Assembly (NCBI GenBank): GCA_963745035.1
Contig: CAVUVW010000016.1
Span: 32,001-96,000 of the forward strand
DNA length: 64,000 bases
Reading direction: 5' to 3'
Source: an uncultured delta proteobacterium
GTDB taxonomy: Bacteria > Desulfobacterota > Binatia > UBA9968
The notes under the pieces are model-generated. The model was not told the DNA's origin. It saw only the letters and a program-made list of their open reading frames with translations, and ran no database searches. Below are positions 63,609-64,000 of the stretch, one piece after another. Numbering within the stretch: position 1 is the stretch's first letter; every line of letters begins with the position of its first letter. Position numbers and translations under genes: made by a program.

Positions 63609-64000
63609 ATGAGAATACTTTTTGTCGCCGCGGCTTTGGCGATAATGATTTGCACAGCACTCGCTGTGCGTGGATATGCCCAGTCCGATTTCTACAAGGG
63701 CAAAACAATCACCGTGGTGCAGATCGTCGACGCCGGCGGCACCGGCGATCTGCGCCGGAAGGCGCTGTTTCCGTTTCTGCAGAAATATATTCCGGGAAAT
63801 CCGACGATCGTCTCGGACTACATGCCGGGAGGCGGCGGCAGGAAGGCGGCGAATCATGTCTATCGCGTCGCCAAGCCGGACGGCCTCACCATTGGGGGTA
63901 TGTCGTCTTCGTTGGTGTCCAACGCAATCCTCGACACCGGCGGCGTGCAGTACGACATCGACAAGCTGACTTATCTGGGCTCGCCGGTGAGCGTCTTTCA
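63609..64000 (+). CDS. TctC/Bug-family substrate-binding protein, 3' end outside window
   Basis: RBS GGAGG; signal peptide; DFYKGKTI, YIPGNP...YMPGGGG, KPDGLT. Confidence 0.88.
   Translation, partial: MRILFVAAALAIMICTALAVRGYAQSDFYKGKTITVVQIVDAGGTGDLRRKALFPFLQKYIPGNPTIVSDYMPGGGGRKAANHVYRVAKPDGLTIGGMSSSLVSNAILDTGGVQYDIDKLTYLGSPVSVF

Overview
This is a GC-rich bacterial chromosomal window. Its content (many stand-alone SsuA/THI5-like and TctC/Bug binding proteins, luciferase-like monooxygenases, an amidohydrolase, aromatic ring-cleavage enzymes) resembles Candidatus Binatia/deltaproteobacteria-like soil genomes; that placement is inference. At least a dozen ordinary genes carry 1-nt indels, most likely long-read assembly errors. 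I saw no rRNA, tRNA or CRISPR array. Best candidates for undescribed systems: (1) An alkylation-repair operon (30.1-33.7 kb). An ECF sigma factor overlaps a methyltransferase carrying a C-terminal Ada-type Zn sensor but no AraC HTH, followed by alkA, ogt and a 2OG-Fe(II) oxygenase. This suggests an ECF-based adaptive response. (2) A four-gene trans-envelope module (16.7-20.4 kb): soluble ExeA-like ATPase, output-less Cache/HAMP receptor, binding protein-LysM fusion and a small helical protein. It is preceded by a DnaA-box cluster. Also notable: an IS30 inserted precisely into a REP-like composite repeat that supplies its transposase stop codon, several sigma-54 promoters, enzymes with substituted catalytic residues, a twin zinc-ribbon mini-protein and several gene scars. 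All calls come from motif recognition only; no database searches were run.
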